In this document: positions 54,696 through 64,000 of the stretch, in pieces
Layout of the letters: each line of letters opens with the position of its first letter
How positions within the stretch are numbered: position 1 is the first letter of the stretch
DNA from: Polyangiales bacterium
GTDB lineage: Bacteria > Myxococcota_A > Polyangia > Polyangiales > Polyangiaceae
Assembly (NCBI GenBank): GCA_038231275.1
Contig: JBBRLQ010000005.1
Location: 323,645-387,644 of the forward strand
DNA: 64,000 nucleotides
Direction: 5' to 3'
Notes under the pieces: model-generated
Told to the model about the DNA's origin: nothing
Database searches by the model: none
What the model saw: the letters and a program-made list of their open reading frames with translations, nothing else
Program-made: the position numbers and the translations under genes

Positions 54696-54732
54696 TGAGT
54701 GGAGCGGAGCGAAGCGCAGCGGAGCGAAACGC

Positions 54733-55632
54733 TCAGCGGTCTCCAGAAGGCGCGCCGTCCCAGAAGGGGAAGGCTTCGTCGAGGTACTCCTCGCGCGCGC
54801 CGTGGGCGAATGGATGCTCGGCCGCGAGCACCGGCCAGTGCGCGGCGGTGAGGAGCGCGGTGAGGGCGCGCGAGGACGGGCGCGTCTCCTCGTCGTAGGT
54901 GCCGTGGCCGACGTAGAATCGCCGCGCCGGCGACGTGAGCGACGCCGCCGCGCGGCCTCCTGCAGAGCCGCCCGAGATGGCGCCGTACGCGTCGACGGAA
55001 AATCCGAGGCGCTCGAGATCGCCGCCGAGCGCGAGCGCGGTCAGGAAATAGGCGCCGTTCGACGAGCCCGCGAGGTACGTCCGCGCGAAGGGCGCGCCGG
55101 CGAGCGCTTCGAGGCGTCTCTTCGCGCTGGCCCATTTCGCGACGATCGCCGCGGCGTGCTTCGCGTGTGCGCCCGGCTCGGTGGGCCACGCCCACCAGTC
55201 GCGCGACGTGCCGGGCCCGATCCCTCGAACGCCGCGAGGAACGAGCGCCGCAGCGTTGGCGCGCGTGGCGGCGTGAAGTACCGCGCTCTGGACCCGCTCC
55301 TTTTGCGCGCTCGTCTTCGTCGGCGGCACGATCCCGTGAAGGTAGATGAGGAGCCGTCGCGGACTGGCCGCGGCGTCCGCGCTCTCGGGAAGGAGGTAGC
55401 AGGTCTCTTCGTCGAGCGCGGCGAGCCCATCGACGCACCAGTCGGTGACGCTCTGCGGTGGTTCGGGCCCAGGCGCCGGCGGGGCAAGGAAAGCGTGCTG
55501 CCCCGGGTCGGGCGCCGATGCGACCAGGGACGGCGAAGCGGACGCGGCGTCTTGCGCTGCATGCTCGCGCGGCTCCGAGCGGCACCCGGCGAGCGTGAGC
55601 GCAGCGACGCCGAGCCGCCGCCTCCAGCTCAC
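54733..55632 (-). CDS. Alpha/beta-hydrolase-fold lipoprotein
   Basis: Lipobox LAGC; LIYLHG, YLAGSSNGA, GHGTYD, late His. Confidence 0.72.
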   Translation of the reverse strand: MSWRRRLGVAALTLAGCRSEPREHAAQDAASASPSLVASAPDPGQHAFLAPPAPGPEPPQSVTDWCVDGLAALDEETCYLLPESADAAASPRRLLIYLHGIVPPTKTSAQKERVQSAVLHAATRANAAALVPRGVRGIGPGTSRDWWAWPTEPGAHAKHAAAIVAKWASAKRRLEALAGAPFARTYLAGSSNGAYFLTALALGGDLERLGFSVDAYGAISGGSAGGRAAASLTSPARRFYVGHGTYDEETRPSSRALTALLTAAHWPVLAAEHPFAHGAREEYLDEAFPFWDGAPSGDR

Positions 55633-56171
55633 TCGCCGGGGGCGAGGGCGGAGACCGACTTGAGGCTCGGATCGTGGAGGCGCAGATCGACGCGGCGATC
55701 GGCCTGCCAGCCGTCCTCGTCGATGCCCTTCGCGTCGAGCTCACCGCGCGAGGTCGAGTTAAGCTGGTCAGAATCGACGCCGAGGGCGGTCAAGTACTGC
55801 TCGACCGCGGCCGAGCGCTCGCCGCCGAGGCCCATGTTGTACTCGGTCTCGCCGCGCGGATCGGCGCGGCCGACGAGATCGACGTGGCGGCCCTTGAGGG
55901 GCCCCTCGATGAGGCAGCGCGCGACCTGCGCGAGGACGTCGCGATCGGCGGGCGTGAGATCCGACGAGTCGTAGTCGAACTTCGGGGTTCGCCGCGGCTC
56001 CTCGATTTTGCAGGCTCTCCGGATGTCGTCGCCCACATCGACCTCGTGCGCGGGACGTACGGTCCGCGCCGAGGTCATCTCCACGGGGTCCTTGGCGCGC
56101 GGCTTGGCGCACCCGGCGAGGGTCAACAAGGCACAGGCGGCAACGGCGGCGGTCGTTCGTAGAGTGCTCAT
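55629..56171 (-). CDS. OmpA/Pal-family lipoprotein
   Basis: Lipobox LAGC; FDYDSS, GRADPRGETEYNMGLG, SRGE, DRRVD. Confidence 0.9.
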   Translation of the reverse strand: MSTLRTTAAVAACALLTLAGCAKPRAKDPVEMTSARTVRPAHEVDVGDDIRRACKIEEPRRTPKFDYDSSDLTPADRDVLAQVARCLIEGPLKGRHVDLVGRADPRGETEYNMGLGGERSAAVEQYLTALGVDSDQLNSTSRGELDAKGIDEDGWQADRRVDLRLHDPSLKSVSALAPGE

Positions 56172-56237
56172 GCGTTTGGGACTACCCAACGCGCACATGT
56201 GGGGCCAAGAAAACGGCGAGCCGCCGAGACGACGAAA

Positions 56238-57917
56238 TCAGGGAATCGCGGCGGTCCAGAGCCCGTTGAGGGGCGAGCTTGGCGTCGGATCGGCCTGGTA
56301 CGTGTAGACGAGCCTCGTCTTGTCGGGCGTCGGGTAGTAGTTCGCGTCCGCCGCCTTCACGAGCTTCTTCGGCGTCACGCCGCCGGTCGCGAAATCGAGC
56401 ACCTCGAGGTCGGCGCGGAAGTACGCGCCGCTCACGTTCACGGAGTTGTCCGCGTACGTGATCTTGGAACCGGTCAGGGCCCACTCGAGCCAGACGAGAT
56501 CGGCGATCTTGACGGGGACGCCGGTGGCCACGGGCGCGACCTGCAGCGTGCCGACGAGACCGTTGCCGATCAGCTGCGTGCCGTCGACGTACATGACGCG
56601 CGTGCTGTCGGCGGTCCAGACGTCGCCGAAGAGGGAGGCCGTAGGGTTCGCCTGCAGCGTCTTGACGGTCTGGTTCGCCGTGGTCGTGTCGACCATCACG
56701 AGATCGGTCGCGTTCGTGGTGTTGTCTTGCTGCGAAAAGAGCAGGACGTGGCTCTGATCCGGCGGGAGGAGTGTGGGGTAGATGCCGATGCCGTTGGCGG
56801 GCACGGTCGCGAGGTTCTTGGGGGCCACCGCGCCGGTCGGCGTCGAGCGGAACGACGACCCGGCGATGTAGTACGCGGTGTTGCCCGCGGTGTTGAAGAA
56901 CGCGACGAGATCGCCGCCTTCCACCGGCGTCTTCGCGCCGTTCGCGGTGGCGACGAGGTTGATCGTCGGGGCGCCGCCGTCGGCGCCGAGGATCACCGTG
57001 AGGAGCTTGCTTCCTGCGGCGTCCGACACGAACGAAGCGAACGAGTTCGGGGCCACGTTGGTCGCGACATCGGTCTTCACGTTGCCGGCGCCCTGGTACA
57101 TCGAGATCGTCTGCGTCGTGCCGGTCGGCGTGCACCACGCGAGCGCGACCTTGTCGGACTTCCCGCCCGCGAACGCGAGCGTGGCGCCACAGCCGGGCTG
57201 CTTGGTGTTCGACAGCGTCGCGATGTTCGCCTGGAGCACCTGCTTGCCGGTGCCGTCGACGTTCGCGACGCTCACGTCCCCGACCTTCGCCGTGCCGGTT
57301 GCGCTCACGTACGTGACCTTCGTGCCGTCGGCGCTGAGGCCTCCGGCGCCGGCGATGGTGCTGTTGTCGATGAGCGTGACGCCTTTGGCGGCCGTCCACG
57401 TGTACATCGTGCCGAGGGGCGGCTTGGCGGCGGGGGACGGCCACATGAGGACCGTGCTGCCGACGACGCTGATGAAGTTGTTCGCGTTGAACGCCCCCAC
57501 GACGACCGGAGCGCCGCCGTCGCCTGCGAGCGACGCGATCTTCATGTTCTTGTCGCCGTCGTCCAGGTAGACGACGTAGCCGTCGCTCGTGATCGGGTTC
57601 TGCGAGGGGAGCTCGTAGAGGCCCGAGATGATCTTGGTGCCGGTCGGCGGGACGCCCGCGTCGAACGGGGGCGGCGGCGGCGGGTGGGTGTCGCCGGTGT
57701 TCGCGTCGTCGGGCGGGGGCGCCGAGTCGCCCTGGTTGGCGTCGTTCGGAGGAATCGAGTTGTCCTTGGCGGCGTCGTTCGGGGTCGACGTGTCGGTCGA
57801 CCCGTCGGCGGTGTCCCCGCCTCCGCCGTTGTCACTCCCGCCGCAACCCGTAGAGATTGCAGTCGATCCACCCATCAGCGAAGAAGCAACGAGTGCGGTA
57901 AGGACCCAACGACGCAT
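56238..57917 (-). CDS. Putative beta-propeller lipoprotein
   Basis: Lipobox STGC, Pro/Asp linker, TolB-like repeats (SADGTKVTY, TADSTRVMY, TPDKTRLVY); GGAGG RBS. Confidence 0.75.
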   Translation of the reverse strand: MRRWVLTALVASSLMGGSTAISTGCGGSDNGGGGDTADGSTDTSTPNDAAKDNSIPPNDANQGDSAPPPDDANTGDTHPPPPPPFDAGVPPTGTKIISGLYELPSQNPITSDGYVVYLDDGDKNMKIASLAGDGGAPVVVGAFNANNFISVVGSTVLMWPSPAAKPPLGTMYTWTAAKGVTLIDNSTIAGAGGLSADGTKVTYVSATGTAKVGDVSVANVDGTGKQVLQANIATLSNTKQPGCGATLAFAGGKSDKVALAWCTPTGTTQTISMYQGAGNVKTDVATNVAPNSFASFVSDAAGSKLLTVILGADGGAPTINLVATANGAKTPVEGGDLVAFFNTAGNTAYYIAGSSFRSTPTGAVAPKNLATVPANGIGIYPTLLPPDQSHVLLFSQQDNTTNATDLVMVDTTTANQTVKTLQANPTASLFGDVWTADSTRVMYVDGTQLIGNGLVGTLQVAPVATGVPVKIADLVWLEWALTGSKITYADNSVNVSGAYFRADLEVLDFATGGVTPKKLVKAADANYYPTPDKTRLVYTYQADPTPSSPLNGLWTAAIP

Positions 57918-58032
57918 CACGGACCTCCAAACAAAAAAGGAACCTTGTGCGGGCGCAATAGCAGCTTTTCTCACCGGGCGTGGTCTCAATCGAGGACCCG
58001 CTCGGGTGACGCGCTTCGACTACCCTTGGGGC

Positions 58033-58380
58033 GTGACACTCAGATCCGAGCTTCAGCGCGTCGTCGACATGCTGCTTACGGACGCTCCGGTCGGGACTGG
58101 CGTGTCGCTCGACACCATCGGGCAGGCGCTGGGTCTGCTGGCCGTCTCGCAAGACGAGATCGACGCGATCTTCGTCGTGCTCGAGCGCGCGGGGCGTCGC
58201 GTCGTCGGGCCGAGCGGAGCAAACAACGAAGCCACGCTGCGCATCGTCCTCGAGACGGCGCGCGTCCTCCGCGGGGAGACCGGAAGGGCTCCGAGCCCCG
58301 CCGAGATCGCAGCGCGCGCCGGGCTCGATCCGGAGCGCGTCCGCCATGCGCTCGCCCTCGCGCGGGTCATGCAACGCTGA
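58033..58380 (+). CDS. Small protein resembling sigma-70 region 1.1 joined to region 3
   Basis: VSLDTIGQAL..VSQDEIDAIFVVLERAG and LRGETGRAPSPAEIAARAGLDPERVRHAL. Confidence 0.6.
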   Translation: MTLRSELQRVVDMLLTDAPVGTGVSLDTIGQALGLLAVSQDEIDAIFVVLERAGRRVVGPSGANNEATLRIVLETARVLRGETGRAPSPAEIAARAGLDPERVRHALALARVMQR

Positions 58381-58423
58381 CGCGGGCGGGGCGCGGCGGC
58401 GCCGTTCGTTGTGCCCTTTCGTC

Positions 58424-59317
58424 TCAGCCCGCGCCGTGCACGCGGTTGCGTCCAGCGTTCTTCGCCGCGTAGAGGCGCGCGTCGGCGCGACGCACCAGGG
58501 ATGCGACGTCGGGCGACTCGCAGCATCGAAGCGACGCGACGCCGAAGCTCGCGGTGACGTGAATCGGAGACCCGTCGGGGAGCGCGATGGCGGCTCTTTC
58601 GATCGCGGCGCGGAGGCGTCCGGCCGCCGTCATCGCGCTCTCGAGGGCCACGCCGCGCAAGATCACCAAGAACTCCTCGCCGCCGTAACGTCCGACGAGA
58701 TCCTCGACGCGCACCGCCCCCGCCATCGTCCGTGCGACGGCGCGCAGGACCGCATCGCCCGCCGGGTGACCATGGGTGTCGTTGACACGCTTGAAGTGAT
58801 CGATGTCCGCGATGGCGACGGAGAGGGGTACGTCGTGCCGGCGCGCGAAAGCGACCTCGGCAACGATCCGCTCGTCGAGGTGACGGCGGTTGCACAGGCC
58901 GGTGAGGCCGTCGCGCGTCGAGGCGTCGTAGACGGCGGTGAGCGCGGCCTCCTCCCCAGGCGTGACGAGTGTGAAGGACAGCGTCATCTCGCCGCCGAGG
59001 AGGACTCGATCGCCGTGGCGCAGCGGCACGAGACCCACCGTCCGGGCGTCGTTGACGACAGTGCCGTTCTTCGATCCCGCGTCCTCGAGCGCGAAATTTC
59101 CCTGGATCCCGAAGATGCGCGCGTGCAGGCGCGAGAGGCCGGCGTGCGCGAACGCGAAGGTGCAGTCGTCGCCGCGACCGAGCGTCGCTTCACCCGCGTC
59201 CGGTAAGCGCAGGACACGCCCGGCGCTCGGACCTGCCGTCACCGTGAGGAGCCCGACGGTGCGCGACGTCGGCGCCGGCGCCTCGGTCATCTGCGTGGTG
59301 ATGGAACGCGCCGCCAC
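58424..59317 (-). CDS. FHA-domain diguanylate cyclase
   Basis: FHA LGRG..LSRLHA..SKNGT; DGLTGL.NRR, DIDHFKRVND, RVED I-site, RYGGEEF. Confidence 0.93.
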   Translation of the reverse strand: MAARSITTQMTEAPAPTSRTVGLLTVTAGPSAGRVLRLPDAGEATLGRGDDCTFAFAHAGLSRLHARIFGIQGNFALEDAGSKNGTVVNDARTVGLVPLRHGDRVLLGGEMTLSFTLVTPGEEAALTAVYDASTRDGLTGLCNRRHLDERIVAEVAFARRHDVPLSVAIADIDHFKRVNDTHGHPAGDAVLRAVARTMAGAVRVEDLVGRYGGEEFLVILRGVALESAMTAAGRLRAAIERAAIALPDGSPIHVTASFGVASLRCCESPDVASLVRRADARLYAAKNAGRNRVHGAG

Positions 59318-59356
59318 GCCTGGGAGAACGGCCGTGCGCAGCGCTTCTTGAGGGGC

Positions 59357-60376
59357 TCAGCCCGCGCGGCGGCAAAGCTTGGTGAGCGCGTCCTCGAGGA
59401 TCGCGTCGGCGGCGCGGCGCGAGCTCTTCAGCGCCACGTCGGTCTCCGCCAGGACGAGGAGCCATCGCTCCAGATCCTTGGGCTTCAGCCCCTTTGCCTT
59501 TTGCTCCAGCTCGCGCGCGCGGAACGGCTGGAAGACGCCGGCCTTCTTCGCCGCCTCCTGCGCGGTCGCGCCCGCGCCGAGCGCCGCCTGGAACTTTGCG
59601 AGCTGCCGAATCGACCACGCGAGCGCGCCGAGGAGCGGCAACCCGCGATCGCGCGGATCGTAGGCGTCGGCGAGCATTCGCAGCGCCTTGCCGAGATCGC
59701 GCGCGCCGACCGCGTCGACGAGCGCCCACGTGTCCGCCGTGCGCACGCGCGCGACGCAATCGTTCACGGCGTTCTCGTCGATCGCCTTGCCGGCGCCGAC
59801 GAAGAGGCTGAGGCGCTCGACCGCGTCGTTGATGTAGGCGAGCTCGGGGCCGCCGATCTCGGCGAGCAGATCGGCGACGTCCCGATCGATCGCGTGGCCG
59901 AGGGTCGCGCAGCGCTCGATGATCCAGCCGGGCAGGGCGTGGCGGTCGAGCACGTTGCACTCGACGAGGAACCCCTTCTTCTTCGCCTGCGCGATGAGCT
60001 TGCGACGCCCGTCGACCTTCTCGAACACCAGCACCATGCACGTCGAGTCGATCGCGGCCTCGGCGTACGCGGCGATCATGTCGAGGGGCGAGCCGTCGTC
60101 GCCGCTCGCGCCGTCCCATCGCTCCGCGCTCCGCACGAGGACGAACCGGCGCGGCGACATCATCGGCACCGTGCGCGCGGCGGAGACGACCTTGTCGGCG
60201 TGCGTCTCGCCGGCGGTGAACTTGTCCTCGTTGAAGCCGGCGATCCCACCGGCAAGCGCCGCCTCGCGGATCGCCGCGACGACCTGATCGCGCAAGAAGC
60301 GCTCCTCGCCCGTGACGAGGTACACCGGCAAGAGCTGTCCGCGTTTTGCGGACTCGATCGCGGCGGCAGGGTTCAC
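59357..60376 (-). CDS. holA: DNA polymerase III delta subunit
   Basis: PVYLVTGEERFL, PMMSPRRFVLV, WALVDAV, ETDVALKSS. Confidence 0.92.
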   Translation of the reverse strand: MNPAAAIESAKRGQLLPVYLVTGEERFLRDQVVAAIREAALAGGIAGFNEDKFTAGETHADKVVSAARTVPMMSPRRFVLVRSAERWDGASGDDGSPLDMIAAYAEAAIDSTCMVLVFEKVDGRRKLIAQAKKKGFLVECNVLDRHALPGWIIERCATLGHAIDRDVADLLAEIGGPELAYINDAVERLSLFVGAGKAIDENAVNDCVARVRTADTWALVDAVGARDLGKALRMLADAYDPRDRGLPLLGALAWSIRQLAKFQAALGAGATAQEAAKKAGVFQPFRARELEQKAKGLKPKDLERWLLVLAETDVALKSSRRAADAILEDALTKLCRRAG

Positions 60377-60436
60377 GCGGTCTTCTAAAGCACAGGCGCC
60401 TTGTGGACTCAAAGGGGACGGGGTGAAATGCGCGCG

Positions 60437-61003
60437 ATGAAGGACGTGACGCGTTGCGGATGGTCGACGAGCGAGCCCCTCTACACGCGCTACCACGATG
60501 AAGAGTGGGGCGTGCCCGTCCACGACGACCGCCTCTTCTTCGAGATGCTCACCCTCGAGGGCGCGCAGGCGGGGCTCTCGTGGATCACGATCTTGAGGAA
60601 GCGCGAGAACTACCGACGCGCGTTCGCGTCGTTCGATCCGAAGAAGGTGGCGCGATTCGACCGCAAGAAGACCGAGGCGCTCATGAAGGACGAGGGCATC
60701 GTCCGAAATCGCCTGAAGATCGAGTCGACGGTGACGAACGCGCAAGCGTTCATGGACGTGCAGCGCGAGCACGGATCCTTCGACGCGCTCATCTGGACCT
60801 TCGTCGGAGGGAAGCCGATGAAGAACCGCCGCGCGTCGCTGAAAAACGTCCCGCCGCGCACCGCGGAGTCCGACGCGATGAGCAAGGCGCTGAAGAAGCT
60901 CGGCTTCCGCTTCGTCGGCTCGACGATCTGCTACGCGTTCATGCAGGCGTGCGGCCTGGTCGACGACCACGTACGGTCGTGCTTTCGCGCGCGCCGCGCG
61001 TGA
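60437..61003 (+). CDS. tag: DNA-3-methyladenine glycosylase I
   Basis: RCGW, YHDEEWG, LEGAQAGLSW, IVRNRLKI, FVGSTICYAFMQACG. Alternative start at 60428. Confidence 0.95.
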   Translation: MKDVTRCGWSTSEPLYTRYHDEEWGVPVHDDRLFFEMLTLEGAQAGLSWITILRKRENYRRAFASFDPKKVARFDRKKTEALMKDEGIVRNRLKIESTVTNAQAFMDVQREHGSFDALIWTFVGGKPMKNRRASLKNVPPRTAESDAMSKALKKLGFRFVGSTICYAFMQACGLVDDHVRSCFRARRA

Positions 61004-61033
61004 CGCGCCTCCAATCGAGGTAGGCTGTCGCGC

Positions 61034-61918
61034 ATGGCCAAGAAGAAGCCCAGGGGAGGTGAGATCGCGCGCAACGCGAAGGAGCGCGCGGCGGTCGAGA
61101 AGCAGTGGAAGATTCGCGGCAAGGGAAAGCCGCCGCGTCCCAAGCGAGGCAAGAAGTACAAATACATCGACGAGCTCGCGCGGCTGCAGTTCGAGCTCTT
61201 GAAGCTCCAGGAGTCGGTTCGGATCGAAGGGCTGCGCGTCGTGATCGTCTTCGAAGGGCGCGACGCCGCGGGCAAGGGGGGCGTCATCAAGCGCATCGCC
61301 GAGTCCCTCAACCCACGCTACTGCCGCGTGGTGGCGCTGGGCACGCCGACCGAGCGCCAGCGAGGCCAGTGGTACTACCAGCGCTACGTCGAGCACCTCC
61401 CGGCGCGCGGCGAGATCGTCCTCTTCGATCGCAGCTGGTACAACCGCTCGGGCGTCGAGCACGTGATGGGCTTCTGCACGGAGGACGAGTACCGAGAGTT
61501 CCTCCGCTCGTGCCCCCTGTTCGAGGACATGCTCGTCCGGTCGGGGATCTACCTCCTCAAGTACTGGTTCTCGGTCAGCGATGAAGAGCAAGAGAAGCGG
61601 TTTTTGGAGCGCATCAAGACGCCCATCAAACGCTGGAAGCTGAGCCCGATGGATCTCGAGTCGCGCGAGCGATGGGTCGAGTACTCGCGCGCGAAGGACG
61701 TGATGCAGAAGCACACCGATCGCAAGAGCACGCCTTGGAACATCGTCGACGCGGACAACAAGAAGAGGGCGCGCCTCAACTGCATCGCGCACCTCTTGAA
61801 GTCCATCCCGTACAAGAACCTCACGCCCGTCGAGGTGGAGCTGCCGCCGCGCCAGAAGGATCAAGGCTACCGGCGCCCGAAGAAGTCGGCCCAGCGCTGG
61901 GTGCCGGAGGTCTATTAG
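61034..61918 (+). CDS. ppk2: Polyphosphate kinase 2
   Basis: FEGRDAAGKGG, FDRSWYNR, WKLSPMD. Confidence 0.95.
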   Translation: MAKKKPRGGEIARNAKERAAVEKQWKIRGKGKPPRPKRGKKYKYIDELARLQFELLKLQESVRIEGLRVVIVFEGRDAAGKGGVIKRIAESLNPRYCRVVALGTPTERQRGQWYYQRYVEHLPARGEIVLFDRSWYNRSGVEHVMGFCTEDEYREFLRSCPLFEDMLVRSGIYLLKYWFSVSDEEQEKRFLERIKTPIKRWKLSPMDLESRERWVEYSRAKDVMQKHTDRKSTPWNIVDADNKKRARLNCIAHLLKSIPYKNLTPVEVELPPRQKDQGYRRPKKSAQRWVPEVY

Positions 61919-63147
61919 TCGGCAGTGATTGGCGTGGACGCGTCGACGAAGGCCCAGCACGCGGCGCCGAGGGCGGCCACGCCGGCCATCACGCAGAGCG
62001 GGATGTCGTAGCTGCCGGTAGCTTTCACGAGGTAACCGAAGACGACGGCGGAGATCGCGCCGCCGATCTGTCCCGCGGTGTTCATGACGCCCGCGACGGT
62101 GCCCGAGTGCGCGCGCCCGACGTCGATGCACACGGCGAGGCTCGTCGCCTGCGCGAGGCCCCATCCGCACGTCGCGAGCGTCAGCCACGCCAGCGTCGCG
62201 ACCTTGCCGGTCACCGTCGCGGCGCACGCGTAGCCGAGGGCGACGATCGCGAGGCCGCTGCCTGCCGCGATCGCGCGACCCAACCTGCGACCGACGCGCG
62301 CGACGAGCACGTCGCTGACGACGCCCCCGGCGAAGTTGCAGACGAAGCCTGCGATCCACGTGAGCGCGCCCCAACGAAGCTCGTCCTCGGTGAAGCCGCG
62401 CGCCTTCACGAGGAACGTCGGCGCCCAGAAAATCCCGAAGAACACGGCGTAAATCGCGCAGAAGAACGCCACGCTCATCGCCCACAGGCTGGGGCTTCGC
62501 AGGGCGACCGACCACGCGAGGCCATGGCTCGCCTGAGGAAGGACAGGGCCGAGCTCGCGCAGCTCCGCAACGCTCGTGCCCGGCTTCTCCGTCGGCGAGT
62601 CGCGAAAGAGCAAGAACCACAAGGACGCCCATACGAGCCCTACGACGCCGAACGCGAAGAACGGCACGCGCCACCCGAAGCGCTGCAGGAGCGGGATCAT
62701 GAGCAGCGGCGACAGCGCGCCGCCGAGCTGGCTCGCGGACAGGAACGCGCCCATCGCCCTGCCGCGCGCGTGGCCGGGGAACCAGCGCGACACCGCGGAC
62801 GACACGTTCGGCAGCGCGCCCGCCTCGCCGGCGCCGAACGCGAAGCGCGTGACGAGCAGCGAGGTCAGACCGGTGGCCGCGCCGGTAAGCGCCGTGAACG
62901 CCGACCACGCAACGACGATTCGCGTGAGCACGCGTCGCGGGCCGCGGCGATCGCCGAGGTGACCGGCCGGCACCTCGAACCCGGCGTACCCGAGCGAGAA
63001 GGCCAGACTGATCCACCCCAGCTGCTCCGGGGCGAGCTTCAGGTCTTCCTGGATCCGCGGCAAGGCCACGCCGATGCAGACGCGATCGAGGTAGAGGATG
63101 ACGCCGAGGGGAAGGAGCAGCGCCATCACGACGTGGCGCTGCTTCAT
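61915..63147 (-). CDS. MFS transporter (ACS/glucarate-like family)
   Basis: YLDRV, GDRRGPRR, RFAFGAGEAG, RWFP, GVMNTAG. Confidence 0.92.
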   Translation of the reverse strand: MKQRHVVMALLLPLGVILYLDRVCIGVALPRIQEDLKLAPEQLGWISLAFSLGYAGFEVPAGHLGDRRGPRRVLTRIVVAWSAFTALTGAATGLTSLLVTRFAFGAGEAGALPNVSSAVSRWFPGHARGRAMGAFLSASQLGGALSPLLMIPLLQRFGWRVPFFAFGVVGLVWASLWFLLFRDSPTEKPGTSVAELRELGPVLPQASHGLAWSVALRSPSLWAMSVAFFCAIYAVFFGIFWAPTFLVKARGFTEDELRWGALTWIAGFVCNFAGGVVSDVLVARVGRRLGRAIAAGSGLAIVALGYACAATVTGKVATLAWLTLATCGWGLAQATSLAVCIDVGRAHSGTVAGVMNTAGQIGGAISAVVFGYLVKATGSYDIPLCVMAGVAALGAACWAFVDASTPITAD

Positions 63148-63172
63148 GCGCAGCTCGCGGCGACGCGCGCGG

Positions 63173-63988
63173 TCAGCGCCGTCGGGTCCTGCGGCGTGCG
63201 GCGACGACGAGGCCGATGCCAACGCCGACGAGGGAGAGGGGAGCGAGGGGAGCGCCGTCGCCGTGCGTTCCGGGCACGCTGCAGCCGCATCCCTTGGGGT
63301 GGTCCTTGAAGCCCTGCTCCTCCGGCGTCTTGTTGTACGCGTCGGCCGGGATGAACGGCTTTGAGGTGCCGGTCGGCGTGACGTCGCCGGTGTTGACGCC
63401 CGCGTGCTCGACGTCGTCGCCGCCCTTCGCGCCCGCGTCGCCCGTGCCGTCGTCGATCTTCTTGATCTTCTGATCCTTGGCGTTGAACGTGATGCTGCGG
63501 CGGTCGACGACCGGGTTGTCGCCCTTGAGCGTCATCGTCGCCTTGCCGCCGATGTCGGTGCCGTCGCTCGTGCGGACCTGCACGACGTACTCGCCGGCCT
63601 CGTACCCGCGCTGGCGCGTGAGACCGAAGTCGAAGCGCGTCGTCTTGAAGATCTTGCCGCTGCCGTCGGCGAAATCGACGTCCATGCTCTCGATGCTCGG
63701 CGTCTGCCCCTGCAGCGCCATGCGGTTGGTGACCGGCTCGGCACGGTTGTCGACGAGCGCGCGCTCGAACACGGCGGTCTTCGTGAAGAGGAACTTGATC
63801 GGCGTGTGCGCGATGGTCGGCGCCTTGGGCAGCTCGATGGTCACGAAGACGTGCCAGGCTCCGGACACTTCGTTCGCCTCGGTGCTCTTGAGCTTGAAGT
63901 TCCCGGCGGCGCGGGCGTCACGGCCGAGCAGCACCGCGGTCGTGAGGAGGAGGAGGGCGGCGAAAACGTGCGTGAACTTGCGCGTCAT
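63173..63988 (-). CDS. Exported protein with MYXO-CTERM-like sorting tail
   Basis: Signal peptide; C-terminal GCGCSVPG, hydrophobic helix, then RRRTRRR. Confidence 0.8.
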   Translation of the reverse strand: MTRKFTHVFAALLLLTTAVLLGRDARAAGNFKLKSTEANEVSGAWHVFVTIELPKAPTIAHTPIKFLFTKTAVFERALVDNRAEPVTNRMALQGQTPSIESMDVDFADGSGKIFKTTRFDFGLTRQRGYEAGEYVVQVRTSDGTDIGGKATMTLKGDNPVVDRRSITFNAKDQKIKKIDDGTGDAGAKGGDDVEHAGVNTGDVTPTGTSKPFIPADAYNKTPEEQGFKDHPKGCGCSVPGTHGDGAPLAPLSLVGVGIGLVVAARRRTRRR

Positions 63989-64000
63989 GATGGAGGAAAC

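Noticed and set aside
54697..54732. GAGCG-rich REP-like stretch between convergent genes
   Set aside because: Single short copy in this window; a repeat family cannot be supported.

Overview
This is a high-GC, gene-dense window that looks myxobacterial (Polyangiaceae/Labilithrix-like). The grounds are Ser/Thr kinases, a TPR/PEGA-type protein, three ECF sigma factors, many lipoproteins and a MYXO-CTERM-like tail; the taxonomy is inferred. About 55 CDS are supported, plus two decayed genes. No rRNA, tRNA, CRISPR array, transposase or integrase was recognised. Housekeeping genes include slyD, an htrA-family protease, xseB, ribA, holA, tag and ppk2. Main observation (14.8-21.6 kb): a Ser/Thr kinase with an internal anti-sigma-type zinc finger, a TPR/PEGA protein, an ECF sigma and a GH26-like lipoprotein with a degraded active site are co-oriented, and sit divergent from an intact close paralog of the same glycoside hydrolase. 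This suggests a system in which a dead enzyme acts as sensor and the live enzyme is the output. Other notable items: an Rv1679/Rv1680/Rv1681-like trio (acyl-CoA dehydrogenase, signal-less binding protein, TusA-radical SAM); a tandem Ddl-like ATP-grasp protein with a degenerate first half; a stranded diverged copy of the Hsp70 3' end; a mini sigma-70-like protein; and a decaying accessory block. All family assignments come from motif recognition by eye, not database searches. Several starts were re-chosen from the ORF track and are approximate.
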